Positions 1 to 16,315 of a DNA stretch of 64,000 bases are shown in pieces. The translations under genes were made by a program, and so were the position numbers. The notes beneath the pieces are model-generated. The model was not told the origin of the DNA, searched no databases, and was given only the letters and a program-made list of their open reading frames with translations. The DNA is taken from assembly GCA_014905635.1 (NCBI GenBank), contig JABVCE010000008.1:1-64000 (forward strand), in the 5' to 3' direction. Source of the stretch: Scenedesmus sp. PABB004. Taxonomy: Eukaryota. Numbering within the stretch: position 1 is the stretch's first letter; every line of letters begins with the position of its first letter.

Positions 1-226
1 AAACCCTAAACCCTAAACCCTAAACCCTAAACCCTAAACCCTAAACCCTAAACCCTAAACCCTAAACCCTAAACCCTAAACCCTAAACCCTAAACCCTAA
101 ACCCTAAACCCTAAACCCTAAAACCTAAAACCTAAACCCTAAACCCTAAACCCTAAAACCCTAAACCCTAAACCTAAACCCTAAAACCTTAAACCCTAAA
201 CCTAAAACCCTAAACCCTAAAACCTA
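1..226. repeat. Telomeric repeat array (CCCTAAA)n, Arabidopsis-type TTTAGGG; chromosome end
   Basis: Perfect CCCTAAA tandem from base 1 to ~120, then variant units (CCTAAAA, CCCTAAAA, CCTAAA, CCTTAAA) to 226. The C-rich strand at the 5' end is the expected orientation for a left telomere. Confidence 0.98.
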
Positions 227-1164
227 GCGCTGCCTCGGCGCCGCTCGGCGGCAGCGGCAGGCGAGCGGCTGCGAGGTTGCCGGTGTCTGTGTCCGCCAGT
301 TTGCATTACATCGCTTGCAAGTTTAGTCGTGGAGCCGAGCTCGCCCCGCCGCCGCAAAGAGATCACCCGTGTTGCCCCCTCCGTGTCATTGCAACTATCT
401 TTGTCTTTGTCTTTGTCATTGCGGACGCCCCCCACCCGATGCCCGCATCTCGTGCCACGCACTACGCCCGGCGCGCGGCGCGCCGCCACGTACGCGCGGT
501 CATCGCGCACGCGGCGCGCTTGCCGTCTCACAGAACGGCACGCTGCCGCACAACTAAATCGCCACGCCACGCCTCACTGAGCAAGTCACGCCGAGCCGGC
601 GCGCGCGTCCAGACGCGCGCCAGGCGCCCCGGTGGCGCGGCGGCCGCCCGCCCGGGGACGACCGAGATGCAGCGGCAACGCACGAACGCTGCCGTCCACC
701 GCATGCGCGAGCATCTCACCAAACGCAACGGCGGGGACCAGTGTCAACACCCCGCCAAAACTGTTCACGCCATGCTCCGGCTGTTCATGCCGACTCTGGC
801 TGGACCTTGCCCGCTCGCTCCGCACGGAGCGGGCACATGCAATGTCACCGACATTGCCATTGCCCGAGACAACCCAGGACAAACGCCAAGACAGCCCCAA
901 CACGGCTGTGGGAGCATGACGTCCAAGTGCGCACCGCCTCACCGGTACGTCGCTGAGCACGGCGGAGCTCAGTCGAGCTGACCGTCTGCGGCCGCCATCA
1001 AAGCTCACAATTCAAGAAAGGGGGGTTGGGCCCTAAGGCTTGGGGACGCGCCGCCCCGCGCGCCCTGCGCCCTGCACGCCCACTCTTGCGTGCCCCGCCC
1101 TACGCGCCCCGCGGCGCGCGCCGCCCGGCGGCAAGAAAGGGTGCTCACACACGCGCGCGCGCAC

Positions 1165-4100
1165 CTACACAAACCACGCGGTGCCGCTGCCGTGCCGCTC
1201 CTCGATCGTGCCGTCGTGCGCGCCGTCGTGCGGGCCCGGCTGGAGCGCGACGGGGTGCAGCTTGTCCGAGATGACGGGGTCTGCGTCCTCGTGGACAAAC
1301 CCCCGCCACGACGCGTCGCTGGCGGCGGGGCTGCCGACGACCGCGCCCGACGGCGGCGGCGCGTGCTCCTTCCCCGCCGGCAGCGGCAGCCCGCCCGCGG
1401 CCGGCTGTTGTTGCTCCGGGTCGGCCGCGCGGTGCGGCGGCTGCTGCTGCGGCTGCCCGAGCACGTCTGCCAGCGCCTGCACCAGGCCCGGCGGCGGCGC
1501 GCCGGCAGCCCCCGCCGCGCCCGCGGCGGCGTGCTGCCGCGCCTGCACCATGAGGCGCAGCGCCTGCACCAGCGCCGTCGCGTTGGGGCGCCGCGAGGGC
1601 TCGGTGTCCCAGCACGCCCGCATGACCCGCTCGTAGTCGGCGGGAATGTCGCGCGGCACGATCGGGCGCTGGTTGTGCAGCACAACCGTCTCTGCGCGGC
1701 GCCAGGGGTGGGGCAGAGGGGCGGGGCACAGATCAGGCCGAGGACAAGTCGGGCGGGCAGCGCGAGCTGGCGGCCCGCACCCACGCGCGGCGCGCGCGCA
1801 TAAGCAGCCACGCGGTGGTGCGCACACACACCAAACAGTTGCCACTGGTGAATCTTCTGGAAGGCCGGCTCGCCGGTGTAGAGCTCGCACACTGCGGCGC
1901 GGGGCGGGTGCGCGGGGTCCGCGTGAGCACCGTGCGGCGCTGCACGTGGCGGCGCCGCCTGCACATCGGCCAGGAGCGCAGCAGCGCGCAGCGCGCGCGC
2001 GCGGGCGGCAGCGTCCGCACTCACTCATCACGCCGAACGAGTACACGTCGACGGCGGGCGACATGCGGCCGTAGCGCAGCAGCTCCGCAGGCATGTGGCT
2101 CATCGTGCCTGCGAGCAGCGCGCGCACGCGGGGAAGGGGCGGGGCGGCAGCGATGGATGCGTGAGGGAGGGCAACGGTGCACGAGCGGCGGCGGAGTGTG
2201 GCGCGGTGCGAGCGCCAGCCGCAGCGCGCGGCGCCGAGGGCTGCCGCGTGAGCGGCGCGCGACGGCCCAGCAGCGTCCGCACCCAGCGTGTTGGTCGTCC
2301 GGTGCGTCTGCTGCTCGTGGATGACGCGGCTCAGCCCTGTGGCGCGGCAGGGCAACCAGGGCTCAGTGCGGGGCTCACGCCACGTGCCCGGCGACGGCCG
2401 CCGGGGCCGCAGGCGGCAGGCATGCAGCGCGCGCGCACCCAGGTCGCAGAGCTTGGCCGTCACCCCGAGCTCGACCTCCGGGCAGCTCTTGCACAGCACT
2501 GCGCGGCGGCAGGTGCATGGGCTGCACTCAGCAGAGCTCCGAGCTGGGTGCCGGCTGCCGCGCCCGCGCGCTGCGAGCCTGCCGCGCCCGCGCGGCGCGG
2601 CGCGCACCGTTGCGCGCATTGAGGTCGCCATGGCACACGCACTCCGCGTGCAGCGCCTCCAGCCCCATGGCAGTGTCGAGCAGCAGCAGCAAGCGTTCAA
2701 TCATCTGCTCCGCGCGCCCGTCGCCCTCGTGCTCGGAGCTCCAGCGCGCGGCGGCGACGTCGCTCAGCGTGCCCAGGTCCATGTACTGCGGGCGGGGCAG
2801 AGCGCCAGCGGGCGGCGGGGTTGGCGCGGCGGCGGCGCGCCTGCGGCGGCGGCGCGCGCGCGGCGAGAGCAGCCAGCGCAGCAGCCCCGATGTGTGGCGC
2901 GGCCTGTCGGCCGCGCCGCTCACCTCCATCACCAGCCACGTCATGCACTTCGCCGGCTGCTTGGCCGTCTGCCACGAGCTGGTGGTCTTATTCACGCCCG
3001 AGCTGTTGCTGCTGTGGAGCGCCCCGCCGGCGCGCCCCGATGAGGCGGCCGAGGTGCTCACGCCAGCCGCCCCCAGCTCCTGCCACGGCGCCGGCGGCGG
3101 CGGCAGCTGCTGCTGCACGCCCGGCGGCTCGACCGGCGGCCCCGCCGCGCACTGGCCAGACGGCGAGTCCGGCTCCGCACCTAGCAGCCCGTCGCCGCGG
3201 CTGACCGAGTGGCGGAGCTGCGAGCACGAGCTGCTGGCCACGCTGCTGGTGCGCACGGTCGCGCTGCCCGGCGGCGCGTCCTGGATGTACGCGACGTAGT
3301 GGTAGGCATCCACCAGGTTGGGGTGGTGCAGCGAGAGCAGCAGGTCCGCCTCGCTCTCGACCGCGGGCAGGGCCACCACGTCGTGGTCGATCACCTGGTC
3401 AGGTTCACACCACGGGCGGCGAGCGGGTGCGGCGTGTGGGTGCGGCGGGCCAGGGAACCCCAAACCCTGCTGCGGTCGCCGCGCGCGCGACGCGGGCCCG
3501 ACACCGCGCGCCGGGCCCCACCTTGACGGCGACCTCCCGCCCACACCAGACGGCCTTGTGCACGCGGCCGTACGAGCCCTGGCCGATCAGCTCGCCTGTG
3601 AGGGGCGGCGGGCAGGCTGGTGAGTGGCAGCCACCGCACACAGCACGAGGGCTGCGGGCCGATCAGCCCGCACCAAACTCGACGGTCACGTCCTCCATCG
3701 GGCCCTCGACACGCGTGTTAGTGCTGATGGCGGCGACGCTCCAGCCCTCGATGCCGCCGGCCAGGCCGGCCAGCTGCTGCTGGCGTGGCATGCTGCGCAC
3801 ATCGATGCTGCGCGGGGCAAAGAGAGGAGTGGTCAGCTGCGCAGCAGCCTGGGCAGTGCGAGCGCCGCCGCGGCCAGCGCCCCGCCGCGGGTGTACAATG
3901 CCTGGCGCTGGCTGCCCTCACCTGACCCTGCCGGGTTTTGGGGGTCCGGAGCCCTGAGGCGAGCCAAAGGACCGCAGGCGGGGCAGCGAGCCCTCCTCGC
4001 TGTCGCCGGTGTGCTGCAGCTTGAGCTGCTGCTGCTGCTGCTGCTGCACCCGTCGGCGGCGCACCCGGCGAGACCACAGCAGGCCAGCGACAACGAGCAG

Positions 4101-5508
4101 CCCTGCACGGCGGCGGCAGGCGCAGAGCAGGGCAGGCGCGCGCCGCGCTTGTGCGTGAGCACGCAACAGGCTGCATCATGTCGGGCTCGCCCAGCGTGAG
4201 GGGCGCAGCGCAGGCGCCCGCACGCACCCGCCACGCCCAGCGTCGCTCCCACGGCGGCGCCGACGACGGCTGCGTTGCTCTTGCCGCCAGCGGCGCGCGC
4301 CGCGGTGAGTTGGTCGATGACCTCGCTCACGCAGTCGTCGGCGGGCTTGACCAGCAGGCACGACTCGGACACGATGGCCTTGCACACGCGCGGCACGTTG
4401 CGGGACCACTGCGGGGCGGGCGGCAGGAGAGAGGAGGCCGGCGTCGGCGCGCGCAGCCGCGGGCCGCCCGCCGTCGCCGCGCGCCCCGAGCACGCCCCGC
4501 GAGCACGCGCCGCGAGCGCGCCCCGCGAGCGCGCCCCGCGCAGCCACGCACCACAGAGTATCCGCCGGAGTGGCCAGTGCCGCCAAACTTGCCGATCGTG
4601 ACGCGTCCCTCCATGTGCTCCATGGGCAGCTGTTCGCTGTAGTCAAGCATCACCAGGGTGCCGGGGTACGACGCGCCCTGCACACGCGCCGGCGGCGGCG
4701 GCTCGGCGGCTGCTGCTGCACGCGCGGCGCAGCGGCTGGCTGACCTGCCAGCGGCGCTGGCGCGGTTGAGCACGCGCGCGCGCGCACCTGGTACGTCACG
4801 TCGCGCACGGCGGTCTCCTGCACGCCCGACGCGCTCCGCGGCACCGCGGCGCTGCGCGGTATGTCCTCGCTCGCGATGGCGACGTCGCGCGCGCGCGTGC
4901 ATGCGAGGCGCAACCGCACCACATTCTGCAGCGCCACGACCGCCGTCCCCACCTCGCCCGTGGCCACACTGTCGACGGCCTCGCCCGTCCCCCGCCGCGC
5001 GTTGGTCAGCACCAGGTCCCGCAGGGTGAGCCAGCAGCGCGGGCACACCTCGAGGACCTCAGGCTTGAACGCGAGGTCCAGCACCGGCCCCGGCGGGGCC
5101 CCGGCGCCGCGCACGGTCACGTTCCTGCGCCGCGGGCGCAGCAGGGCGACCGCCGCCGTGGCACAGCGCAGCCGCCGCTGCCGCCGCCGCCGCCGCGGTT
5201 GCTGCCGCCGGCGCCGCCGCTGCCATCGCTGCCGCCGTCGCTGCCGCTGCTGCCGCTGGCGGCGCTGCCGCTGCGCGCCCGTACCTGGTGAGCCGGATGG
5301 GCTTGTAGCCGGGAGCGATCGCCGCCAGTGAGATGTCCCCCACTATCACAATGTCGCGCACATTTGGCGCCCGGAAGGCCGCGAGGAGCTGGTCGAGGTT
5401 GGCGGCCTGCGCACTGCTGCCGCTGGCCTGGCCGCGCGCCGGCCGCGCCGACCAACACGCCAGCCAGACCAGCAGCAGCAGTCCCCGCGAGGCCCGGGGC
5501 CCCGTCAT
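1165..5508 (-). CDS. Receptor-like TKL-family protein kinase (signal peptide, ectodomain, single TM helix, kinase); ~14 exons
   Basis: N-terminal hydrophobic signal (GLLLLVWLACWSA) and TM segment (AAVVGAAVGATLGVAGLLVVAGLLW followed by RRVRRRR). Spliced kinase motifs: GELIGQGSYGRVHKA, VAVK, HGDLNARN, AKLCDLGLSR, GTMSHMPAE, DVYSFGV, CWDTEPSRRP. GT-AG introns restore the frame; TAG stop at 1165-1167. Confidence 0.9.
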
Positions 5509-5864
5509 GGCCGCATGGACGCGAGGGGCGCGGCCCGAGGACTCCGCTGCCGCTGAGCCGCTCCGGGGGCCTGCGATCGCGCTGTCACGACCCTGATGGT
5601 GCGGCCTCTACGCCGGGCGGGCAGCGCGGCGTCCGAACCGGCTGCGGCGGCGGCGGCACCGCGCGGCACGTCAGCGCCCGCCGGTCTGCCGCCGTTTTGG
5701 CACGCCCCCGCTCGAGCCCCAGCCCGCACCGCCACAGACCGCACCGCCGTAGCCGGCTCACCGCCCTGGGCGCCGCGCCAACCCCAACTGGGACAGCAGC
5801 GGCGGCGCCAGCAGCGGGCGGCAGCGGGCGGACGGCTTCGCCGTGGCGGCGCGTGCTCCGCCAA

Positions 5865-7551
5865 ATGCAGCGCGCTGCGGCCCGCAGCAGCTTCACCCCA
5901 CACACCGCCGCTGTGGCCGCTGCTGCGGCAGCAGGCCCCTGGGCGCGGCGCGCTCGACCGGCCTCGCGGCGCGCTCGCTGCAGCGCGCACGGCGGCGGCG
6001 TTGCTGCGCAGCGCAGCAGCTCCATGGGCCACCACGTGCTCCACGTCGGGGGCTCCTCCTCCTTCACCCAGCCCTCGCGGCGCGCGCAGCGAGCCCACAG
6101 CCAGCGAGACGGCGGTGCGGCGGCGCGACGCAGAATCGCGGCGCCGGCGCGCGCGCAGCCTGCGGTCGCCGCCGCCGAGCGCCAGCTCTGAGAGCTTGGT
6201 GCGCGCGTCCGCGCCGCAGATGGCGCCAGCACCAGCAGCCGCACACTGCTGGGCGTCGACGCGAGCGTGGAGGAGGCGCTGGCGCTGGCGGAGGAGTCGC
6301 TGCACGAGCGCGCCGCGCTGTGCGACTCGGGCCTGCCTGACCCAGGTGCGCGACCAGCGACAGGGTCGGCAGCGGCGGGGGGGCGGGGGGGGGGGGCAGC
6401 GGGGCGGCGGGGCGCAGCGGGGCGGCGGGGCGCAGCGGGGCGGCGGGGCGGGGCAGGGCGGCGGGGCGGGGCAGGGCGGGGCGCAGCGGGGCGGCGCGTG
6501 GCCCGCGCGTGCGTGGGCAGCACGCCCCGCCCGCCCCCGCCGGCCAGACATGTGCCTCATACCCGAGGCGGAGGAGGAGCCGCCCAAGGCGCTGCCGGTC
6601 TGGGACGAGGCGGTCACGCGGTGAGCGACGCCCGCGCCTCAGGGCTGGGCTGCGCCTCGGCTCGCGCGCCACCCGCCGCAGCGCCTCGGCGCCTGCCGCC
6701 GCGACCCCCCCCCCCCCCGACCCCTCCCCTCCCCTCCCCAAACCCGCAGCGGTCGCTGGCTGGTGGGTCTCCTGCTGCTGCAGTCAGCCTCATCGGTCGT
6801 CCTCGACTCGTACCAAGACCTGCTGCGCGACCACCTCGTGGTGACGCTCTTCTTGACGATGCTCGTCGGCGCTGGCGGCAACGCAGGCAACCAGAGTGCA
6901 ATCAAGGTCATCCGCGGCCTGGTGCGTGCGCGCGTGCGCGCGCGCCTCGGCGCGCGCCTGGTGCGTCGCCACAGCGTGACGCGGCGGCGCGCGCGGGTCG
7001 GCGGCCGAGCTGCGGCCGGCGCAGGGCTCATACGCGCGCTCCCTTGTGCGCGCGCGCGCGTGGCAGGCGACCGGCAGCATCACGACCTCGTGGGCGTCGA
7101 TTCGGGCGACTCTGACGGAGCAAGTGGAGGTGTCGCTGCTGCTAGGTGGCGGGCTGTCGGCAGCCGGCTTTGCGCGGGTCTACGTGACAACCCAGTCGCT
7201 GGTCAACGCTGCCGCGATCAGCCTCTCGCTGCTCGCGATCGTGATAGCCAGTGTCCTGCTGGGCAGTGCGTTGCCTTTTGTGCTGGCGCGCGCGGGCGTG
7301 GACCCAGCAAATGCGGGCACAAGCATCCAGGCGCGCGCGCGCGCGGCGAGCTGGCGCAGAAGCGAGCGGCGGGCTCGCGGCAGCTCGGCGTGCGCTGCGC
7401 GCTGCCGCGCCGCCGACCGCCGCGTGACGCCCGGGTTGACCGCCCGCGTGTGCCCGCGCTGCAGGTGCTGATGGACATCATCGGCGTCGCCATCACCTGC
7501 GCCACGTGCCAGGCGGTGCTGGTGCAGTACGCGGGCTCGCTGGGCGGCTGA
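5865..7551 (+). CDS. MgtE/SLC41-type divalent cation (Mg2+) transporter with probable organellar transit peptide; 6 exons
   Basis: Spliced product contains RWLVGLLLLQS..., FLTMLVGAGGNAGNQS and DPANAGTSIQ|VLMDIIGV, typical of the MgtE membrane domain. Ala/Arg/Ser-rich N-terminus from ATG 5865 (start inferred). Last intron is GC-AG (7331-7464). Confidence 0.85.
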
Positions 7552-7984
7552 GAGGGGGGGCTGCCTGCCCAGCTGCAGCAGCTGGCCTCTCGGCTGTTGG
7601 TCAGGTCGAGGTTGTGTATTCTAGGCTGTCCGCGGTGGCAGCTGTGTAGGCTGCTGCAGCGGTGCGCGCATGCACAGCAGCGTGTAACCGTCTCGTCACA
7701 CGCGCAGGCCGCGCCGTGCCAGTCAGCATTCAGTCAGCATTCATGCATGCAGCGGGCCGCGCCGGCAGTTCATCGTCCAGCCAGGCCGCGCGAGACAGCG
7801 CTGTCCCCGCAGCGCAGAGCGCTCCGAGCAGGCTGCGCTGCGCAGCTATGCCAAGCAGCAGGCACAGCAATACTGCGGTCCATCGCCCGCCCTGGTCGCC
7901 GGCACGCACGCACGGCAGCGGTGCTCGCGCGCGCCCGCGGCGTGGGGGCGTGCCGGGGGGCGTCGTCCGGGTGCGGCGCGGGGC

Positions 7985-11719
<3,735 letters not shown>

Positions 11720-12335
11720 GGCGGTGTCCGCGAGGTGGTCCTCGTAGGAGTAGACCGTGACGTCCTCGAGGACCCCTCCCTCCTGCGACGCCAGCTTTGC
11801 TGTCGCTCAACGGCGCGCCGCGGCCTCAGCGCATGCCGGCGTGTGCGGCAGGAGCTGCTCCCGGGGCTGGCGGTGCAGGAGTGAGGCGGGGCGGAAACGG
11901 GCGGGGCAGCTCGGGAGAAGAACCCGGAGGTGCGAACTGCCGCAAAGCCCTGCCTTGCGCGTCGCTGCACGCCCTTTCATCCCAGGCAGCGGCTGACCAG
12001 CGCGCCCGACGCCTCACCGCACGCCGCGCCGCTCGCCGCCCGCCGCCCGCGCGGCGGCGGGGCCCGCCGGCAGCGCTCGCGGCGCCGCCGCGGCCGCCGC
12101 CGCGCAGCACAGCGCGGGCTGAAGAGCGGGGAGCAGCCAGCCGCGCCTGCCACCGCCCGGGCGCCTAACGCTGCCGCCGCGCTGCCGCCCGGGCGCCTCA
12201 CGCCTGGCGCTGCCGCCGCGCTGCCGCCGCCCGGACGCCTGACGCGGCTGCCCGCCGCCGGCGCGGACCGTGGCGCGAGACAGAGCGTTACTCGCACGCC
12301 CGCGGTCCGCTGCGCTGCGCGACCCGCCGCGCCGC

Positions 12336-13611
12336 TCACCAGTCCTCCGGCACCTCCTGCGGGCGCGCCGCGCGGGCGGTCGAGGCGGCGCAGCGCGGCC
12401 CGCGCGGCCTGCGCGCGCCCTATGCCGCGTGGCCCGCGGGCGCGGCGCGGGTCTCACGGGGATGTAGTCGTCGCTGTCGTCCTCGGGGATGAGGCCCTTG
12501 GACTTGATGTAGGCAAAGCCCGCCGCCTGCGCCGCGTCGCGCATCTTGAGCGGGAAGCGCTCGGCGGAGGGGTCGCCCTTGCCGACCAGCTTGTACAGCT
12601 CCTCGCTCTCGTGCACGATCTCCGCGCCCGCCGCCTTGGCCACGGCCTCGACCCACTCCTTGATGGAGAAGCTCTCGGTCTTCTCCTGCAGCTCCTTGGG
12701 GACGTGGCAGATGAACACGACCTGCGACGCCGCGCCGCGCCGCGGCCGACGTCGGCGCCGCGCGCGCGAATGCGGGGCACTGCCGCGGGCCGCTGCTGCC
12801 GCCGCTGCCGCCGCCGGCGCCGCCGCGCTGTGCCGGCGCGCCTGCGTGTCGCCCGCGCTGAGCAGCATCTTGCCGATGCCGCCGGCGCCGCCCTTGCGCT
12901 CCTCGGCGGACTCGTCCACGGGCGCGTTCATGCCTGCGCGGCGGGCGGCGCCGAGCGTCAGCGCGGCGCCCGGCGCCCGCCGCCCGCCGAGCGCCCCCGA
13001 GCGCCGCCGCGCGAGCCGCGCCGCGGCGCACCCTCCAGCACCGCCTCCAGCAGCTCCATGTCGCCGTTGGGCGTCTCGACGGAGAGGTTGAAGAACTTGA
13101 CGCCGCCCAGGTCGCTCATGCCCACCATGTCCACGCCCTTCTTGCCACCTGCGCGGCCGGGCGCGGGCGCGCGGCGCGGAGTGATCAGCGGCGGCGCGGC
13201 GGCGCGGCGCTCCAGGCCCGGCCAGGGTCCACGTCGCGCCCCTCGCGCGTGCCGCGACTCCAGCGCCACGCCGATCATGCATGCCCGGTCGCCCGGGCCC
13301 GCGGCAGGCGGTGCGGGCCCGCGGCCGCCGGGCGCGATGCGCGCTCCCCCGCGCGCCCCTGGGCCCCGCCGCAGCCCACGCCCCGGCTCGGCGTGACCCA
13401 CAGGCCGGCACGATCACTCACCCTCCTTCACCGCGGCTGCAGAGCGAGCAGGAGGCCGCGGGCATCGCGTGCAGGCGCGGGCGGGCGGCAAGCGGCGGCA
13501 TCGCGCGCGGCGGGCGGGGACAGCGCGTCAGCAACATTGGGCGGGGTCGATCGAGGCGCAGGACGGCCCCACGCGCGCGGGCGACGCACCCTTCTTGAGC
13601 TTGTCAGCCAT
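12336..13611 (-). CDS. Conserved-looking hypothetical protein of unknown function; 6 exons including a 15-nt microexon
   Basis: Splices to MADKLKKAAVKEGGKKGVDMVGMSDLGGVKFFNLSVETPNGDMELLEAVLEGMNAPVDESAEERKGGAGGIGKMLLSAGDTQVVFICHVP...DDSDDYIPEVPEDW*. Strong GC3 codon bias and consistent splice phases. Last exon inferred. Confidence 0.8.
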
Positions 13612-14047
13612 GATGTCTGCCAAGCGAGAGAGGGCGGCTGCAGCGGCTGGCGAGCGGGGAGAGCTGCGGGGGCAGAGAGGGAGGGCTGGGCGGCGCCGCC
13701 GCCACTTGTGCGCGCGTGCGCGTGCACCGCCAACCGCCCAAGAACCGCAGCGGGCCGTGCCGGCGGGTTACCCGCCGTCCGAGCCCGCCTGCAGCGGGCC
13801 CCTAGCCGCTAGCCGGCGCCAGGCGCCAGCGAGCGCTGCGCCACCGCGGGGAAAATGGTGGCGCCGGCCCGCGTTCGCGCCGCGTGCGCCCGCCGCACGC
13901 GCGCGACAATGCCCTCCCTGCTCAACGCGCCCCTCGCACGCCGCCGCCGCCTGCGCCCTGCTCCAGGCGGCGCAGCGCGCCTGGCGCCGGTCAGCGCACG
14001 CCGGTCCGCCCCACGCCGCTGCGGCTGCCGGCGCGCGCGGGGCGCGC

Positions 14048-16315
14048 TCAGCGCTCCTCGATCTGCGGCAGGTTCATGACCGCCGCGACGGCCTCCGCGG
14101 GCGCGAGGTTGTTGTCCAGCACCTGCGCGACCGCGGTGAGCACGGGCAGGCTCACGCGGTACTTGCGCGCCAGGCCGACCACCACGCCCGCGGTCGCGAC
14201 GCCCTCCGCGACCTGGCTGCTGCTGGCCAGGATGTCGGCGAGCGCCTCGCCGCGGCCGAGGCGCACGCCGACGCTGCGGTTGCGCGAGAGGTCGCCGTAG
14301 CAGGTGAGCATGATGTCGCCCAGGCCGCTCAGGCCGCTGATGGTCGCGGGCTTCGCGCCGACCTTCTGGCTCAGCCACCGGATCTCGGCGCACCCCTGCC
14401 GGCGGCGCCGCGCGCGCGGGCGGCGGCCCACCAGGTGGGCGGCGCGCGCGCGCGCGGACGCGCGCGGACGCGCGCGGACGCGCCCGCGCGCCGCGCCCGC
14501 CCCTGTGCGGCGCGCGGCCGCACCTGCGCGATGAGCGCCGCCAGCGCGTTGTGGCCCAGGTCGAGCCCCTCGACGATGCCCGCCGCGATGGCCAGCACGT
14601 TCTTCAGCGCCCCGCAGATCTCAACGCCTGCGCAGGCGCAGCGCGCGTGGGCGCGCGGCGGCGCGGGAGCGGCGGCTGCGCGGGCGCGGGAGCGCCGGCA
14701 CGCGGCGCTGCGCGGCGCGGCCTCGCGCGCACCGGTGACGTCTGTTGACGTGTTGACGCGCATGTTGGGCGAGGCAAAGAGCTCCTGGATTTCGCGCGCC
14801 AGCGCCAGCTCCTTGCAGGCCGCCACCACGCCCGTGGGCCGGCCCTGCATGACCTGCGTGCGCGGGAAGGTGCGCGGCGGCAGGCGTCGAGCGCGCGGCG
14901 GGCGGCGCAGGCCCTCGGGCGCGGCGGCGCGGGCCGGCGGCGGCCTGCCGCGGGGCGGCGCCCCGCCGCGTGCCCGCGCACCTCCTTGGCGAAGCTCGGC
15001 CCCGACAGGAAGACGGCGGGCTGGCGGCGCCCGAGCGCGCTGGGGATGACCTCGCTCATCATGCAGCCGCTGCCGACCTCGAGGCCCTTGGACACGCACA
15101 CGATGGGCACGTCCTTGGGCAGCACGTCCCGGATGCTGCCCAGGAACGCGCGGCTGTGCTGCACCGGCACCGCGTGCACCGCGTACGACGCGCCCGCGAT
15201 CGCCTCGGCCGCGTCGGTCGTCGCGCGCACGTTTGGCGGCAGGCTGAAGTCGGGGAGGTACTTGGTGTTGGCGTGGCGGGTGTTGATGTCCTTGCACAGG
15301 TACGGGTCGCGCAGGAGCAGCACGACGTCGAGGCTCGCCTTTTTGAGCGCGAGGCTCGTGCCCATCGCGGTGCCAAAGCTGCCGCCGCCAAAGACCACGA
15401 CCTTGTCCGCCGCCTCGATCGGGGACAGGCTGTTGGCCTGCCGCTGCCGGAAGGTGCGGCTCCAGCGCATGAGCGTGTCCCAGCTCTCCTGGATCTGGCT
15501 GCGCTCCGCGGGCGGGTACAGCGCGCGCGCGCCTGCCGCGGCCGCCTCGCCTCCGGCCCCGCCCGCGCCAGCCGCGGCGGCGGACGCGGCGGACGCGGCG
15601 ACCGCTGCCGTGGGGCTCGCCGGGCGGCTGCCCGCCGCGGCCACGGCGCCGGCGCCCCCGCCGGCTTTGCTGGCGCCAGGCAAGAACGGCAAGCTGCTGC
15701 TGCCGTTCCTGCTGCTGTCCTGGCTGCCACCCAGCGCGAGGCGCTGCGCGTCCTCCGGCAGGATCCCTGCTGCGCAGCAGCGGCGGGCGGCGGCCGGGCG
15801 GGCGTGGGCGCCCGCGCGGGCGCGCGGCGCAGCGAGGGCAGCAGCAGCAGCGCACGCGCCGCCGCTGCGCGGGGGCCGGCCCGCCGCGCGTAGCCCGTGC
15901 TGCATTGCCGCCGCCGCTCACCGGATTCCGGGGGCTGCTCACAGCCCTCGTCCTTGTCCAGCGCCACGACGCGCAGCGGCGCGCTGCTCGCGCCGCGCGG
16001 CCGCCGTCCGCGGGCTCTGCTGCCGACGCCGCTGCCGCTGCCGCTGCAGCGCGCCGCGCCCGCCGCCGGCCGCGCCAGCAGCGGGGCCCAGCTGCTGGGC
16101 GGCTGCTCTGCGGGCGCCGCGTGGACGGCGGCCGGCACGCGCGAGCACGCGAGCGCCGCGCCGCGGCCGCCGCTGCTCAGCTGCTGCTGCAGGCTGCCGG
16201 GCCTGGCCGCGCCCGCATGCCGCAGGGCTGGCCTGGATTGCTGCTGCAGCCCCGGCCGACCACCACAGCACCGCGGCGCGCTGCTGCGGGCTCGGTGCGG
16301 GGCGAACGCCCGCAT
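14048..16315 (-). CDS. NAD(P)-dependent glycerol-3-phosphate dehydrogenase, GpsA-type, probably plastid-targeted; 5 exons
   Basis: Motifs VVVFGGGSFGTAM, CVSKGLE, LSGPSFAKEV, GVEICGALKNVLAIAAG, GLSGLGDIMLTC...SRNRSVG, VAEGVATA; long transit-peptide-like N-terminus (start uncertain). Confidence 0.92.

Noticed and set aside
217..1008. ORFs next to the telomere (277..981 + and overlapping frames)
   Set aside because: No recognisable motifs or clear codon bias; stop-poor frames are expected at this GC content; the region is more plausibly UTR or subtelomere.
5596..5864. MgtE start at 5596 as in the ORF track
   Set aside because: That frame does not splice to the downstream exons; ATG 5865 gives consistent phases and a transit-peptide-like leader.
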